DNA from: a virus
DNA length: 43,095 nucleotides
Virus genome (UHGV): UHGV-1678524
Strand: one strand, 5' to 3'
Below the pieces are notes generated by a model. That model worked only from the letters and a program-made list of their open reading frames with translations. It was not told where the DNA came from and did no database searches. Made by a program: the position numbers and the translations under genes. Below are positions 1-8,024 of the stretch, one piece after another. Position 1 is the first letter of the stretch. Every line of letters starts with the position of its first letter.

Positions 1-173
1 TACAGATAAACTTCTGTATCGGTCTCATATGCTTTTGGGTAAAGTTTAGAAATCTTGTCAGCGATACCTGCACCCATTAAATTCATACAGTTGCAACCGT
101 GACCAATGATGTCAAACTTACCTTTATCAAATGCGGCAAAGATATCGCCATTGATGATTTTTACAATACCCAT
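1..173 (-). CDS. Macro-domain protein, Poa1p-like ADP-ribose-1''-phosphate phosphatase family; N-terminal 57 aa only, gene runs off the window start
   Basis: Reverse-strand translation from ATG at 173: MGIVKIINGDIFAAFDKGKFDIIGHGCNCMNLMGAGIADKISKLYPKAYETDTEVYL. HGCNC...GAGIA...YPKA matches the yeast Poa1p-type macro signature (HSCNCNGSWGGGIA...YPKA) as recalled. Confidence 0.45.
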   Translation of the reverse strand, partial: MGIVKIINGDIFAAFDKGKFDIIGHGCNCMNLMGAGIADKISKLYPKAYETDTEVYL

Positions 174-374
174 TTAACATCTCTCCCAAGATTCTTTATC
201 TTCTGAAGGTTTTACACGTTGCCCTTCATGGTCTACCCAGATGCACCCACAACCTTCACAGATTACTGGCATTGCATAGCCAGCTTTGAAGTCATCTTCA
301 GTGATAAGACCTTTCAAATCACCTGTATCACGTCCGAACATTTCGATAGAACAGTCTTTGCAGAAGTCAGCCAT
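174..374 (-). CDS. Small Cys-rich protein, putative zinc ribbon
   Basis: 66 aa with CxxC ... CxGCGC pattern; tightly packed with flanking genes. Confidence 0.4.
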   Translation of the reverse strand: MADFCKDCSIEMFGRDTGDLKGLITEDDFKAGYAMPVICEGCGCIWVDHEGQRVKPSEDKESWERC

Positions 375-386
375 ATAATATACACC

Positions 387-614
387 TTATAGTTCAGTTT
401 CTCGTAATTCTTTACCTTCATCATAGAAGCATTTATAGAATGTATCTATAGAAATTCTGGCAAAGGTAAGGTCTTCAAAGTATTCTTCTGGAGTTATCCC
501 TGTAAAACTAAAACTATCGAGATTGTAAAATGGTATCACTGTGTTGTTACTAACGAAAACACATGCTGATGTAACTTCTCCAGTGTCTTTATCAATTACC
601 TCTAGAGCTTTCAT
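387..614 (-). CDS. Hypothetical protein
   Basis: 75-aa ORF co-oriented in a compact minus-strand gene array. Confidence 0.35.
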   Translation of the reverse strand: MKALEVIDKDTGEVTSACVFVSNNTVIPFYNLDSFSFTGITPEEYFEDLTFARISIDTFYKCFYDEGKELRETEL

Positions 615-915
615 AGCTTACCTTTTCGGTTAGTTCATATAAATCAACATGCTCAATACTGTCAATGTTGATATCAATCTTTTTGAAACGTTCTATCACT
701 TCGTTGTCAGTCATCCATATTAGACACCAATGGTTGTGTATGGACTCTTCAAGAAGGTCAACACAATCTTTAAAAGTCTTTGTGTCACTCCTTGTTCCGA
801 CTACTGCGATTGTTCCATACAACCACTTGCCATTACCATAAGATACTTGTGCTACGCCAACTTCTTTATCTTTCTCGTAGTAAACGGCTACAAAGTCTCT
901 TCCATTAATCTGCAT
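592..915 (-). CDS. Hypothetical protein
   Basis: 107-aa ORF, co-oriented; small overlap with neighbour. Confidence 0.35.
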   Translation of the reverse strand: MQINGRDFVAVYYEKDKEVGVAQVSYGNGKWLYGTIAVVGTRSDTKTFKDCVDLLEESIHNHWCLIWMTDNEVIERFKKIDINIDSIEHVDLYELTEKVSYESSRGN

Positions 916-917
916 AG

Positions 918-1187
918 TTACTTCCTCGTTTTAAGAACTGCTAAGATTTCTTTAGAGTCTGGTAAGAACCATGTGTAGTGATTCTCTTTGATTTCTGGAT
1001 GAGTGTCAACCTTTATTTTGCACTCTTTACCAACATGCTTAAGTTGTGCTGTGATACCTTGCATAAAAATATGACACATCACATTATCCATAATGGTTGG
1101 TGAGAAATCAATCCGCATATAAGTTTCTTTTGGCCGTGGTAGCAGTAAGTATCCTTCTACATAGAAAGTATCTTCATTCTCTGTCAT
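918..1187 (-). CDS. Hypothetical protein
   Basis: 89-aa ORF; ATGA-type stop/start overlap with the upstream gene at 1184-1187. Confidence 0.35.
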   Translation of the reverse strand: MTENEDTFYVEGYLLLPRPKETYMRIDFSPTIMDNVMCHIFMQGITAQLKHVGKECKIKVDTHPEIKENHYTWFLPDSKEILAVLKTRK

Positions 1188-1453
1188 TGCTGTTTGTTTC
1201 CTAATAAAATCATATCAATAAGGTTATTAGCTTTGATTGTGCACTGGTAAAAACCATCACGATAAAACTCAAGGGCTGCTGCCACATCACTACCGGTATT
1301 ACCTTTGACAGTGAATCTTGACTCCTCTTGAGTGTACTTGTCACTCTCACTTACTTGGGAGTTTTTGAATGTACTGTTCACTTTGTTCGTTGAACACCCT
1401 GACATAATTATCAGTAACACAAATATTATAAAACTCTGGCTTAGTTTTTTCAT
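1184..1453 (-). CDS. Putative lipoprotein, possible outer-membrane spanin (Rz1-like)
   Basis: N-terminus MKKLSQSFIIFVLLIIMSGC looks like a signal peptide with lipobox-like MSGC; its 5' end lies in another frame inside the 3' end of the upstream TM-protein gene. Confidence 0.35.
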   Translation of the reverse strand: MKKLSQSFIIFVLLIIMSGCSTNKVNSTFKNSQVSESDKYTQEESRFTVKGNTGSDVAAALEFYRDGFYQCTIKANNLIDMILLGNKQQ

Positions 1454-1694
1454 ATGTTAGTACCTCTTTTGTATGCTTATTCTTAGCAAGCACATCTTTC
1501 AAATCATTTTTGTAATTGGTGCTGAGTGTGGCTAAACCTTCCTGATAAGCATCTTTAGCAACACTTATTAGTTTCTCATTGTTTAGTTCAGTTTCAGCAA
1601 CTTGATAGTCTCTGTAAGAGTATCCTCCCCAGACACCTGCTCCAACTAAGAAAACAATTATGAAAGTAGCTTGACAGAACTCTTTAAATGTCAT
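1347..1694 (-). CDS. Putative inner-membrane spanin-like protein (N-terminal TM helix plus charged periplasmic region)
   Basis: 115 aa; hydrophobic N-terminus FIIVFLVGAGVWGGY then charged, helix-prone sequence; overlaps the lipoprotein gene by about 107 nt. Confidence 0.35.
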   Translation of the reverse strand: MTFKEFCQATFIIVFLVGAGVWGGYSYRDYQVAETELNNEKLISVAKDAYQEGLATLSTNYKNDLKDVLAKNKHTKEVLTYEKTKPEFYNICVTDNYVRVFNEQSEQYIQKLPSK

Positions 1695-1710
1695 TTAACA
1701 ATCTCCTGAA

Positions 1711-1737
1711 ATGAAAAAGGCTCCCGAAGGAGCCTGT
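1711..1737 (-). terminator. GC-rich hairpin plus U-tract (rho-independent terminator-like) on minus strand
   Basis: AGGCTCC-cgaa-GGAGCCT at 1718-1735; minus-strand transcript has the hairpin followed by UUUUUCAUUU. Confidence 0.45.
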
Positions 1738-1746
1738 ATCTTAACC

Positions 1747-2211
1747 TTAACCGAGGACTTTAGCAAGGACATTTGCAGCCATCGAAGAAGCTTTTGCAGC
1801 AGCAGCTACCCCAGCTTTGATAGCATTATCCTTGATAGCAGATACCGTTGCAGCATCAGTAAAGAGATAAGTAGTTGTTTTAGAACCACTTGTAAAGGAA
1901 AGCATAAGAGCAGTTTCCAGATTGAAAGAGCGATACGGAGCACCTTCTTTAACGATACCTTCAGCACCTAACTCTGAAGCCATACCCATATCATAGATAG
2001 TCATCAGGTTTTCTTTGTGTGCAGTCGTTGAACCAGCACCTTTGACGTGTTTCTTAACATTCAGAAGAGCACGGTACTCTCGGATGTTACCATCTGCTTT
2101 CACATTAACAGCACGGAATATTTTACCCTCAAAGTTGCTTTTGATAATGTTACGAACTACTTCAGATTTGTTTGCCGTAACGTCCAGTGCTACCGTAATG
2201 ATATTGTTCAT
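1747..2211 (-). CDS. Hypothetical protein
   Basis: 154-aa ORF with Ala-rich C-terminus; no recognisable motif. Confidence 0.4.
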   Translation of the reverse strand: MNNIITVALDVTANKSEVVRNIIKSNFEGKIFRAVNVKADGNIREYRALLNVKKHVKGAGSTTAHKENLMTIYDMGMASELGAEGIVKEGAPYRSFNLETALMLSFTSGSKTTTYLFTDAATVSAIKDNAIKAGVAAAAKASSMAANVLAKVLG

Positions 2212-2221
2212 AAGTTTTCTC

Positions 2222-2917
2222 TCAATGTTTAACTAACATGGTTTTAATGTGTGGAAGGATTCTGTTTACCTTCTGAACATTCTTCTCTGTATCTTCTATA
2301 AAGCATACTATATTAAAGTAAGGAAGAATGCAAGACTGAATCATCCTAACTTTCAAACTTTCTGCATTTATAGAGTTAGTCCCAAAACCACGCATAAAAA
2401 GCATGTAATCATGCTCTATGTTATGCCTTAAAAACATCTCAGTAGGTATTCTCTGGGATTCACCTCTCGCTGTCAAGAGTCCAATGGCAGCGTGATTAGC
2501 AATTGCATCAATAATACTAAAAACATACGTTGGTTTTGCTCTTACAGAGTCAAGAAGATTAGTGTACTGTGAGAATGACCCGTCAGTCAATTCCGTTGAG
2601 CAATCTTCGTGATTAAAATTTGTAAGAACACCATCAATATCTGCTAAGATGAGGTTACCTTTTTCTACTAGGTCTTTATTGACTATGACTAAACTGTCAC
2701 GTCTTACACCTATAGATTGTCCAGTCTCTTTGTCCACAACGTTCACAATCGGTTCTGGTGTGTGGAACTCTTCAAGTGAACATACAACTTCTCTTGCAGT
2801 GTCTTCAAAATCCCTGCACTGTTCTGGAGTCCATATACAGGAATCAAGACCTAACTCATGAGGATGCAAGTCGTAAGCATGACACAGTACTTCATCAGAC
2901 TTTCTTAATTTTTTCAT
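2222..2917 (-). CDS. Putative HAD-superfamily hydrolase domain protein (possible nucleotidase/phosphatase)
   Basis: LILADIDGVLTNF resembles HAD motif I (DxDGT/V). Confidence 0.3.
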   Translation of the reverse strand: MKKLRKSDEVLCHAYDLHPHELGLDSCIWTPEQCRDFEDTAREVVCSLEEFHTPEPIVNVVDKETGQSIGVRRDSLVIVNKDLVEKGNLILADIDGVLTNFNHEDCSTELTDGSFSQYTNLLDSVRAKPTYVFSIIDAIANHAAIGLLTARGESQRIPTEMFLRHNIEHDYMLFMRGFGTNSINAESLKVRMIQSCILPYFNIVCFIEDTEKNVQKVNRILPHIKTMLVKH

Positions 2918-3443
2918 GATTTACCTTAGAAATGTTTGTTGCAAATTCACATTGAGCAATGACTTTCATATTGTTATAGACATCTTGAGAGTATTTCTTA
3001 GCTTTAGGAATTTTGTACGAATACCCAGCATTATATGATGCTAAAACTTTTTGTAAAGTCTTCTTTGACTTTGGCTGACCATGTACCTTCGTCCAAAATT
3101 CAAGCTCTTTGTGTGTTTCCTTTGCAGCATAGTCAAAATCTTTTAAGAGTTTCTTTTTAGCCACATTAGGACTGATTTTGTTACGCTTTACAACAGTCTT
3201 CAAGTGATTCTGGAAGATACCATAATCATGTGTCTTTTTATTCTCTACATTCAGACCTAACTCTGACTCTTGTAAGGCTATAGCAGCTAGAGTGATACCC
3301 CAACCTTTACCCATATTATTCTCACCATACTGGTAAGCTTTTAACATGTTTACTTTTTGGCTAATTGATAGCTCTGGGCAGTCAACTGCATAAGATAAGT
3401 GTGCTGTAAACATTAAGCACAAACCTAGAATCAACTTCTTCAT
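2895..3443 (-). CDS. Lytic transglycosylase (SLT domain) with N-terminal signal peptide; candidate secreted endolysin or murein hydrolase
   Basis: MKKLILGLCLMFTAHLSYA signal peptide; SLT-like motifs ALQESELG, DYGIFQ, SYNAGYS. Confidence 0.55.
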   Translation of the reverse strand: MKKLILGLCLMFTAHLSYAVDCPELSISQKVNMLKAYQYGENNMGKGWGITLAAIALQESELGLNVENKKTHDYGIFQNHLKTVVKRNKISPNVAKKKLLKDFDYAAKETHKELEFWTKVHGQPKSKKTLQKVLASYNAGYSYKIPKAKKYSQDVYNNMKVIAQCEFATNISKVNHEKIKKV

Positions 3444-3502
3444 TGGTTCTCCTGTTTAGTTTATCGTGACAACAATTATACAGCACTCTGCACAAAATAC
3501 AA

Positions 3503-3532
3503 ATAAAAAAGGCCGCCGAAGCAGCCTTTTAA
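3503..3532 (-). terminator. Hairpin plus U-tract, minus strand
   Basis: GGCCGC-cgaa-GCAGCC at 3511-3526 (one G-U pair on the transcript) flanked by A-run and T-run. Confidence 0.4.
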
Positions 3533-3543
3533 GAAATTACTTA

Positions 3544-4653
3544 TTAGATTTCACGTTTACGTTGAGAGATGAGTTCACCAGCAGTGCCAACGATGACATG
3601 CAAAGCTTCAGTCTTACCATCCCATGCTTTCAGCACTTTACGTTGATTATCAACGATTGCTGCAACTTCATAACGGGATGAACGCATCTTCATATCATTA
3701 TAATCAGTTGGAACAGCTACAACATCTCGTGGATGGACACGAACCTTCAGGATTGTATCACCTGAGAAGCAACGAACGTAATCCCAAGCACCAACATGAA
3801 GACCTTGAGAACAAGTTACGTTACGGTTATTATCAACCATCCAACGTGGCATCTCTACAATATTACCCAAATCATTAGGTACTTTGTAGGTGCGGGAATC
3901 AACCAGCTTGCATTCATGAGTAGAGACTTTCTTCCAGCCAATGATGTAACCTTCTTCATCAATTTCAACATCAAGGTGGGATACGAATCCCCAAAGTTGT
4001 TCTACAGAATCTTTAGATGGGTTTTCCATCAGTTTTTCGAAGAACATTACAAGTCGTTCAAAACCTTTATCACCAGTCTTCATCATATGGAGAATACGGT
4101 CAACCAGAGTAGAACGCATCTCAACAGCACCGTAGAATAACTTGTCACCTTTGATTGTGATAGCACCATGAGTGAAGTTCTCGATAGACTTACGAATGTT
4201 CATCAGTTCGAAAGCTTTCTTGTACTCACCACCTACAACAGCCATTACAATTTCTTTGTAGTTCGGATGGGTAGACTCAACGATTTCAGAATCTGCACCG
4301 AAAGTCATGATAACAGAATCGCCAGTAATCATGTACTCAATCTGGTTACCATTCTGCATAGCTTCGTGTAGTTTATTTACCGGAGCCTTTTGTACAGCCT
4401 CTTTAACAACCTTTTCAACTGGTTTTCCAGCTTTCTTTTTAACTGATTTAGCAACTTGCTTCAAAGTCTTCGTAGCTGGTTTAGAAGTTGCCTTTTTCTT
4501 ACCTTTTAAGGTTGCTTCATGACGCTCTACAGCACGACCAACTGAACGGGTTGAAGTATTGAACTTCTGTGCAATAGCTGTTTTAGTCAGCTTACCTTCT
4601 TTAACCAGTTTGTAAATTTCTGCGTCAATCTGTGCTTTAGTTTTAGTAGTCAT
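3544..4653 (-). CDS. rIIB: rIIB-like protein (N-terminal HTH-like segment, Lys-rich linker)
   Basis: Immediately downstream of the rIIA-like gene, as in T4; size and order fit. Assigned by synteny, not a diagnostic motif. Confidence 0.4.
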   Translation of the reverse strand: MTTKTKAQIDAEIYKLVKEGKLTKTAIAQKFNTSTRSVGRAVERHEATLKGKKKATSKPATKTLKQVAKSVKKKAGKPVEKVVKEAVQKAPVNKLHEAMQNGNQIEYMITGDSVIMTFGADSEIVESTHPNYKEIVMAVVGGEYKKAFELMNIRKSIENFTHGAITIKGDKLFYGAVEMRSTLVDRILHMMKTGDKGFERLVMFFEKLMENPSKDSVEQLWGFVSHLDVEIDEEGYIIGWKKVSTHECKLVDSRTYKVPNDLGNIVEMPRWMVDNNRNVTCSQGLHVGAWDYVRCFSGDTILKVRVHPRDVVAVPTDYNDMKMRSSRYEVAAIVDNQRKVLKAWDGKTEALHVIVGTAGELISQRKREI

Positions 4654-4697
4654 CTTGTTACTCTCTCTTGTTAGTTAATAAATCATTTTGTGAGGTT

Positions 4698-4727
4698 ATT
4701 CTAAGGGGCTTCAAAGCCCCTTGTCAA
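4698..4727 (-). promoter_or_regulatory. Sigma70-like promoter candidate on minus strand, with a palindrome in the spacer
   Basis: Minus strand reads TTGACA-(17-18 nt containing GGGGCTTTGAAGCCCC)-TAGAAT, about 45 nt upstream of the rIIB-like start. Confidence 0.3.
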
Positions 4728-4738
4728 ACACTTTAATC

Positions 4739-7099
4739 TTAAATTGTAGTTCCTTCTGGAACACACTTCACATCAAAGCCTAAGAACTTACTCACCTCAA
4801 TAGGTGACACTTTATTCCAATCTAAATGAGAAAGCAAGAAGTTTTCTTGTTTTCTTTTTGAAAGATAGTTTGTCACCTTGATGACCATACGGTCACCAGC
4901 TTTCTTAATTTTCTTGTACAGCTTTGTATCGTTGTCAAGGCATTCTTTCAAAGTTTGCAACCTACTAATAGTGTAAGTGTATGCAAACGGTGCAGCAACG
5001 TATTGGATTTTACCAAACATTGCCTCAACAGCATCTTCATTACCTTCTAAGAAGATAGTTTTGTTTGTGTCTCGTGAATAGCAATAACCACGAGAAATCT
5101 TCCTGTTATTGAACGTAAAGTTTCTGGCAATAATCCAACTACTTGTCAGGTCTAGGACACCATTCATATAGATACGTGTCATATACCTGTTATGATTAAT
5201 CCAGTGAACATCAGTTAAGCTGTCGTTCAAGAGCCTCTCATCTACTTCAATCCAGTCTTCTGGTATCTTTTTCCAATTTGCTTTTCGGAAAACATAGACT
5301 GTCTTTCCAATGACATTGGCAACTGACTTAGCTACATCATCTGGAGATGAGCAAAAACATTCACCATCAACAGTATCACCTACTGCCTTGATATAAATCT
5401 GAGGCTCTTCAATTGTGTCTAAGTCTTCTGACACCTCTGTGTATGAAGCTACACCTTCTGCTGGAACAGCTTTCCAGAGTTTTACAACACCTCTTACAGC
5501 TTCTTTACGTTGATAATGGTGTTCCTTATCAGACATCTTCACAATCTTTAACAAGCTTTTATCAAGTTTGTGTAGATTGATTAGGTCGTCTAACTCTTTT
5601 TCAGTCGAGAATACAAAGACAATACCATTGTATCTGTGAAACATACTTGACTCACTGGCATAGTCTCGACATGCACCACGCAAGATTTGATTGCGTCCTA
5701 CAGTCTTCTCAGTACCGTTTTTATTGCGACGGTCATTTATAACAAACAAAAACTGTTCAATTTGGCTTTTACGCATTGCGCCAAAGATATTGAACATACT
5801 TGCCTCTTGAGTGTAGGAAAGTGCTGTTGCACGAATCTTACTTTCTAAAGAGTTAAACTTAACATAAGCAACTGGGTCATAAAGATAATCTACTTTAGGG
5901 ATATTGTTTCCGTTCCTGTCAACCTTAATATTACCCTTACCATCACGTTCATAGATGACTGAGCCGTCTTCTGCGTAGATAATTCCACGACGAATGTTTA
6001 GTAATTCTTCTTCCAGAGAATCAAGCTTAACACCTCCCCACTCTAGCTTTGGACACACAGCATTAAACATCTCTCGTGAGTTCAAACGTAACTCAGCATA
6101 AGCCTGTGCAGCATCCATGAGTGTAGGTTGGTTATTAACTTTCTTGATAACATCCTTTGTAATTGCTTCAGTTATCTTTTTAGTAGCCTCAATGATAACA
6201 TTTTTTGTCGTGTCATTCATCTGCAATGCTTCACGAGAAGCTGCAATAGCAACTGAACCAATAGGCATGTAGATGTTTACAAGGTCTACGCTCCTACGGA
6301 AAAATTCTGGTAAGACTTTGAAGAAATCATCACCAAGTAATGCTTCCATATTCACTGGATAGGCAATATTACCCATCACCACATTAAACTCTGTCCTGTT
6401 AGCACCAGAACGCCAGCTTTGCTTATGAATCATGGCATCATAAACACCTTCTTCACGGGCAATGACATTCATATCTGCTAATACATCGTCATACTCGATA
6501 TTACTTTCTGGTTTTACAGCAAAGTATGAGTATACGTGACCAGCCTCTTCAAAGAACTTTGAGATACGATGGTCAGCAACTGCTACACGTACAGCTAAAC
6601 CATTAGGCTCTTTTGTTGGGTTGGTGGTCAGCTTAGTTACTTGAGGGATACCATTCTCAAGGTAAACAGAGTACTTATTAACAACACCATCAACATAGCT
6701 AGATACTGTGAATGACTGAGCAATTGCAAATGGGGATTTTGAGCCGATACCCATTGCACCAATGTAGTCATTAGAGTCATTCTTCGTAGAAGCCCCGTAG
6801 TTTAGGTACAAACTCATAACTTTATCATGAGTTAATCCAGTTCCAAAATCACGAACTTCAAAGTAAGGCTCAAAACGAGTAGGTAAATGCACATGGAACG
6901 GAATGTTCTCTTTTCCAGCCTCTTTCTGAGCATCTACTGCGTTACATGACAGTTCACGAATAACTGCCCTTTCTTTAAAGGTGTATACACCAGAACTCAA
7001 AAGGCTGAACATTTCGGGTGTCATTGTAATCTGTGCTTGAGACGTCTCTAAAGAAGTTGAACTCTTAATCACTTCTGCGTGGTCATTTACCATGCGCAT
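4739..7099 (-). CDS. rIIA: rIIA-like protein with N-terminal GHKL/Bergerat-fold ATPase domain
   Basis: 786 aa; N-box-like ERAVIRELSCNAVDA and G1-box-like VRDFGTGL; T4 rIIA has this domain. Confidence 0.6.
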   Translation of the reverse strand: MRMVNDHAEVIKSSTSLETSQAQITMTPEMFSLLSSGVYTFKERAVIRELSCNAVDAQKEAGKENIPFHVHLPTRFEPYFEVRDFGTGLTHDKVMSLYLNYGASTKNDSNDYIGAMGIGSKSPFAIAQSFTVSSYVDGVVNKYSVYLENGIPQVTKLTTNPTKEPNGLAVRVAVADHRISKFFEEAGHVYSYFAVKPESNIEYDDVLADMNVIAREEGVYDAMIHKQSWRSGANRTEFNVVMGNIAYPVNMEALLGDDFFKVLPEFFRRSVDLVNIYMPIGSVAIAASREALQMNDTTKNVIIEATKKITEAITKDVIKKVNNQPTLMDAAQAYAELRLNSREMFNAVCPKLEWGGVKLDSLEEELLNIRRGIIYAEDGSVIYERDGKGNIKVDRNGNNIPKVDYLYDPVAYVKFNSLESKIRATALSYTQEASMFNIFGAMRKSQIEQFLFVINDRRNKNGTEKTVGRNQILRGACRDYASESSMFHRYNGIVFVFSTEKELDDLINLHKLDKSLLKIVKMSDKEHHYQRKEAVRGVVKLWKAVPAEGVASYTEVSEDLDTIEEPQIYIKAVGDTVDGECFCSSPDDVAKSVANVIGKTVYVFRKANWKKIPEDWIEVDERLLNDSLTDVHWINHNRYMTRIYMNGVLDLTSSWIIARNFTFNNRKISRGYCYSRDTNKTIFLEGNEDAVEAMFGKIQYVAAPFAYTYTISRLQTLKECLDNDTKLYKKIKKAGDRMVIKVTNYLSKRKQENFLLSHLDWNKVSPIEVSKFLGFDVKCVPEGTTI

Positions 7100-7127
7100 A
7101 ATACTTTCCTCTTAGTTTACTGTTAAA

Positions 7128-7304
7128 TTACTTATTAAACATTTTACCAGAACCACCACATATAGGGCAACAGCCTGTTCTTGTATAACCTTCCCCATTA
7201 CAGAAGTCACATTTTTTGTGCTCTGCATAGTACTTGCAAAGAAGGTAAACGAACACTGCTACACTACCAAGTGACAGTAAAATTTCTATCCAATATGCTT
7301 GCAT
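7128..7304 (-). CDS. Small membrane protein with DnaJ-type CxxCxGxG zinc-finger-like C-terminus (58 aa, absent from ORF track)
   Basis: Manual translation: MQAYWIEILLSLGSVAVFVYLLCKYYAEHKKCDFCNGEGYTRTGCCPICGGSGKMFNK; fills the gap between rIIA-like gene and 7286-7633. Confidence 0.3.
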   Translation of the reverse strand: MQAYWIEILLSLGSVAVFVYLLCKYYAEHKKCDFCNGEGYTRTGCCPICGGSGKMFNK

Positions 7305-7633
7305 GACTCACCTCTCATATTCTTGTAAAGGATGAAGCTTCTATCATGGACGATACTTGTAGACACTGCAAAGTTACTTTCAAGTATCTGTTTGTTTGGA
7401 TTGTAGAAGCTTTCTTTAAACTCGTCAAGTGCAAATTGGTGATTGTCTGGAAGACCTTTTACACAGACCTTTATTGTAATTGCTGCTGCAACCTTGCCAG
7501 TCAGTTCTTCTTTAGCTGCTACTAAGATTTTGTTGATGAACTTATGACCATTTTCAGGCTTCTTGATGTTCTCCCATCGCTCTTCTAAGACAATATTGAT
7601 GTTCATTTCTTTGATTTTCATAATTTTCACCAA
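7286..7633 (-). CDS. Hypothetical protein
   Basis: 115-aa ORF, co-oriented. Confidence 0.35.
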   Translation of the reverse strand: MVKIMKIKEMNINIVLEERWENIKKPENGHKFINKILVAAKEELTGKVAAAITIKVCVKGLPDNHQFALDEFKESFYNPNKQILESNFAVSTSIVHDRSFILYKNMRGESCKHIG

Positions 7634-7971
7634 GTCCAGCTAACAAGTATTCCATCAAAACCTTTTGCTAAAGGTACACCCTCGTGCTCATAAAATTCAG
7701 GATTAACTTCGAATCCACGATTTTCAATATACTCTATCATGTATTTCATTACAAAGCTAATCTCTTCGTAGTCATCTGGGTCTCTGCCAAAGAACTGTTC
7801 TATGACAAACATACCTTCTTTTGTAGCAAATTGGCAGTGATGATTGTAGATACCTTCACAAAACTTTTCAAACTTTTCTTTACCGAGAACTTCAAGGATG
7901 TCTGTATAGGCAACTTGTAAGTATTTCGGTTGTACAGGTTTATTGTTAAACCATATGGAAAGGTTGTCCAT
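7627..7971 (-). CDS. Hypothetical protein
   Basis: 114-aa ORF, co-oriented. Confidence 0.35.
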   Translation of the reverse strand: MDNLSIWFNNKPVQPKYLQVAYTDILEVLGKEKFEKFCEGIYNHHCQFATKEGMFVIEQFFGRDPDDYEEISFVMKYMIEYIENRGFEVNPEFYEHEGVPLAKGFDGILVSWTW

Positions 7972-7984
7972 AGCAATCTCCAGA

Positions 7985-8012
7985 AATTAAAAAGGCTCCC
8001 GTAGGAGCCTCT
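7985..8012 (-). terminator. Hairpin plus U-tract, minus strand
   Basis: GGCTCC-cgta-GGAGCC at 7994-8009; minus transcript followed by UUUUUAAUUU; 23 nt upstream of the next start codon. Confidence 0.45.
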
Positions 8013-8024
8013 TATCATATACTT

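Noticed and set aside
730-978. Plus-strand ORFs lying antisense to the minus-strand gene block (e.g. 730-978, 1711-1971, 2015-2236, 3796-4140, 8121-8648, 9987-10322, 10390-10851, 18453-18641, 21478-21699, 24893-25160, 27130-27402)
   Set aside because: Each is contained within or opposite a longer, better-supported ORF on the other strand, with low-complexity or Cys/Ser/Leu-rich translations; judged to be shadow ORFs.
1747-2211. 154-aa protein as the endolysin (lysozyme)
   Set aside because: No lysozyme-like catalytic motif recognisable and no similarity to T4 lysozyme as recalled; left as hypothetical.
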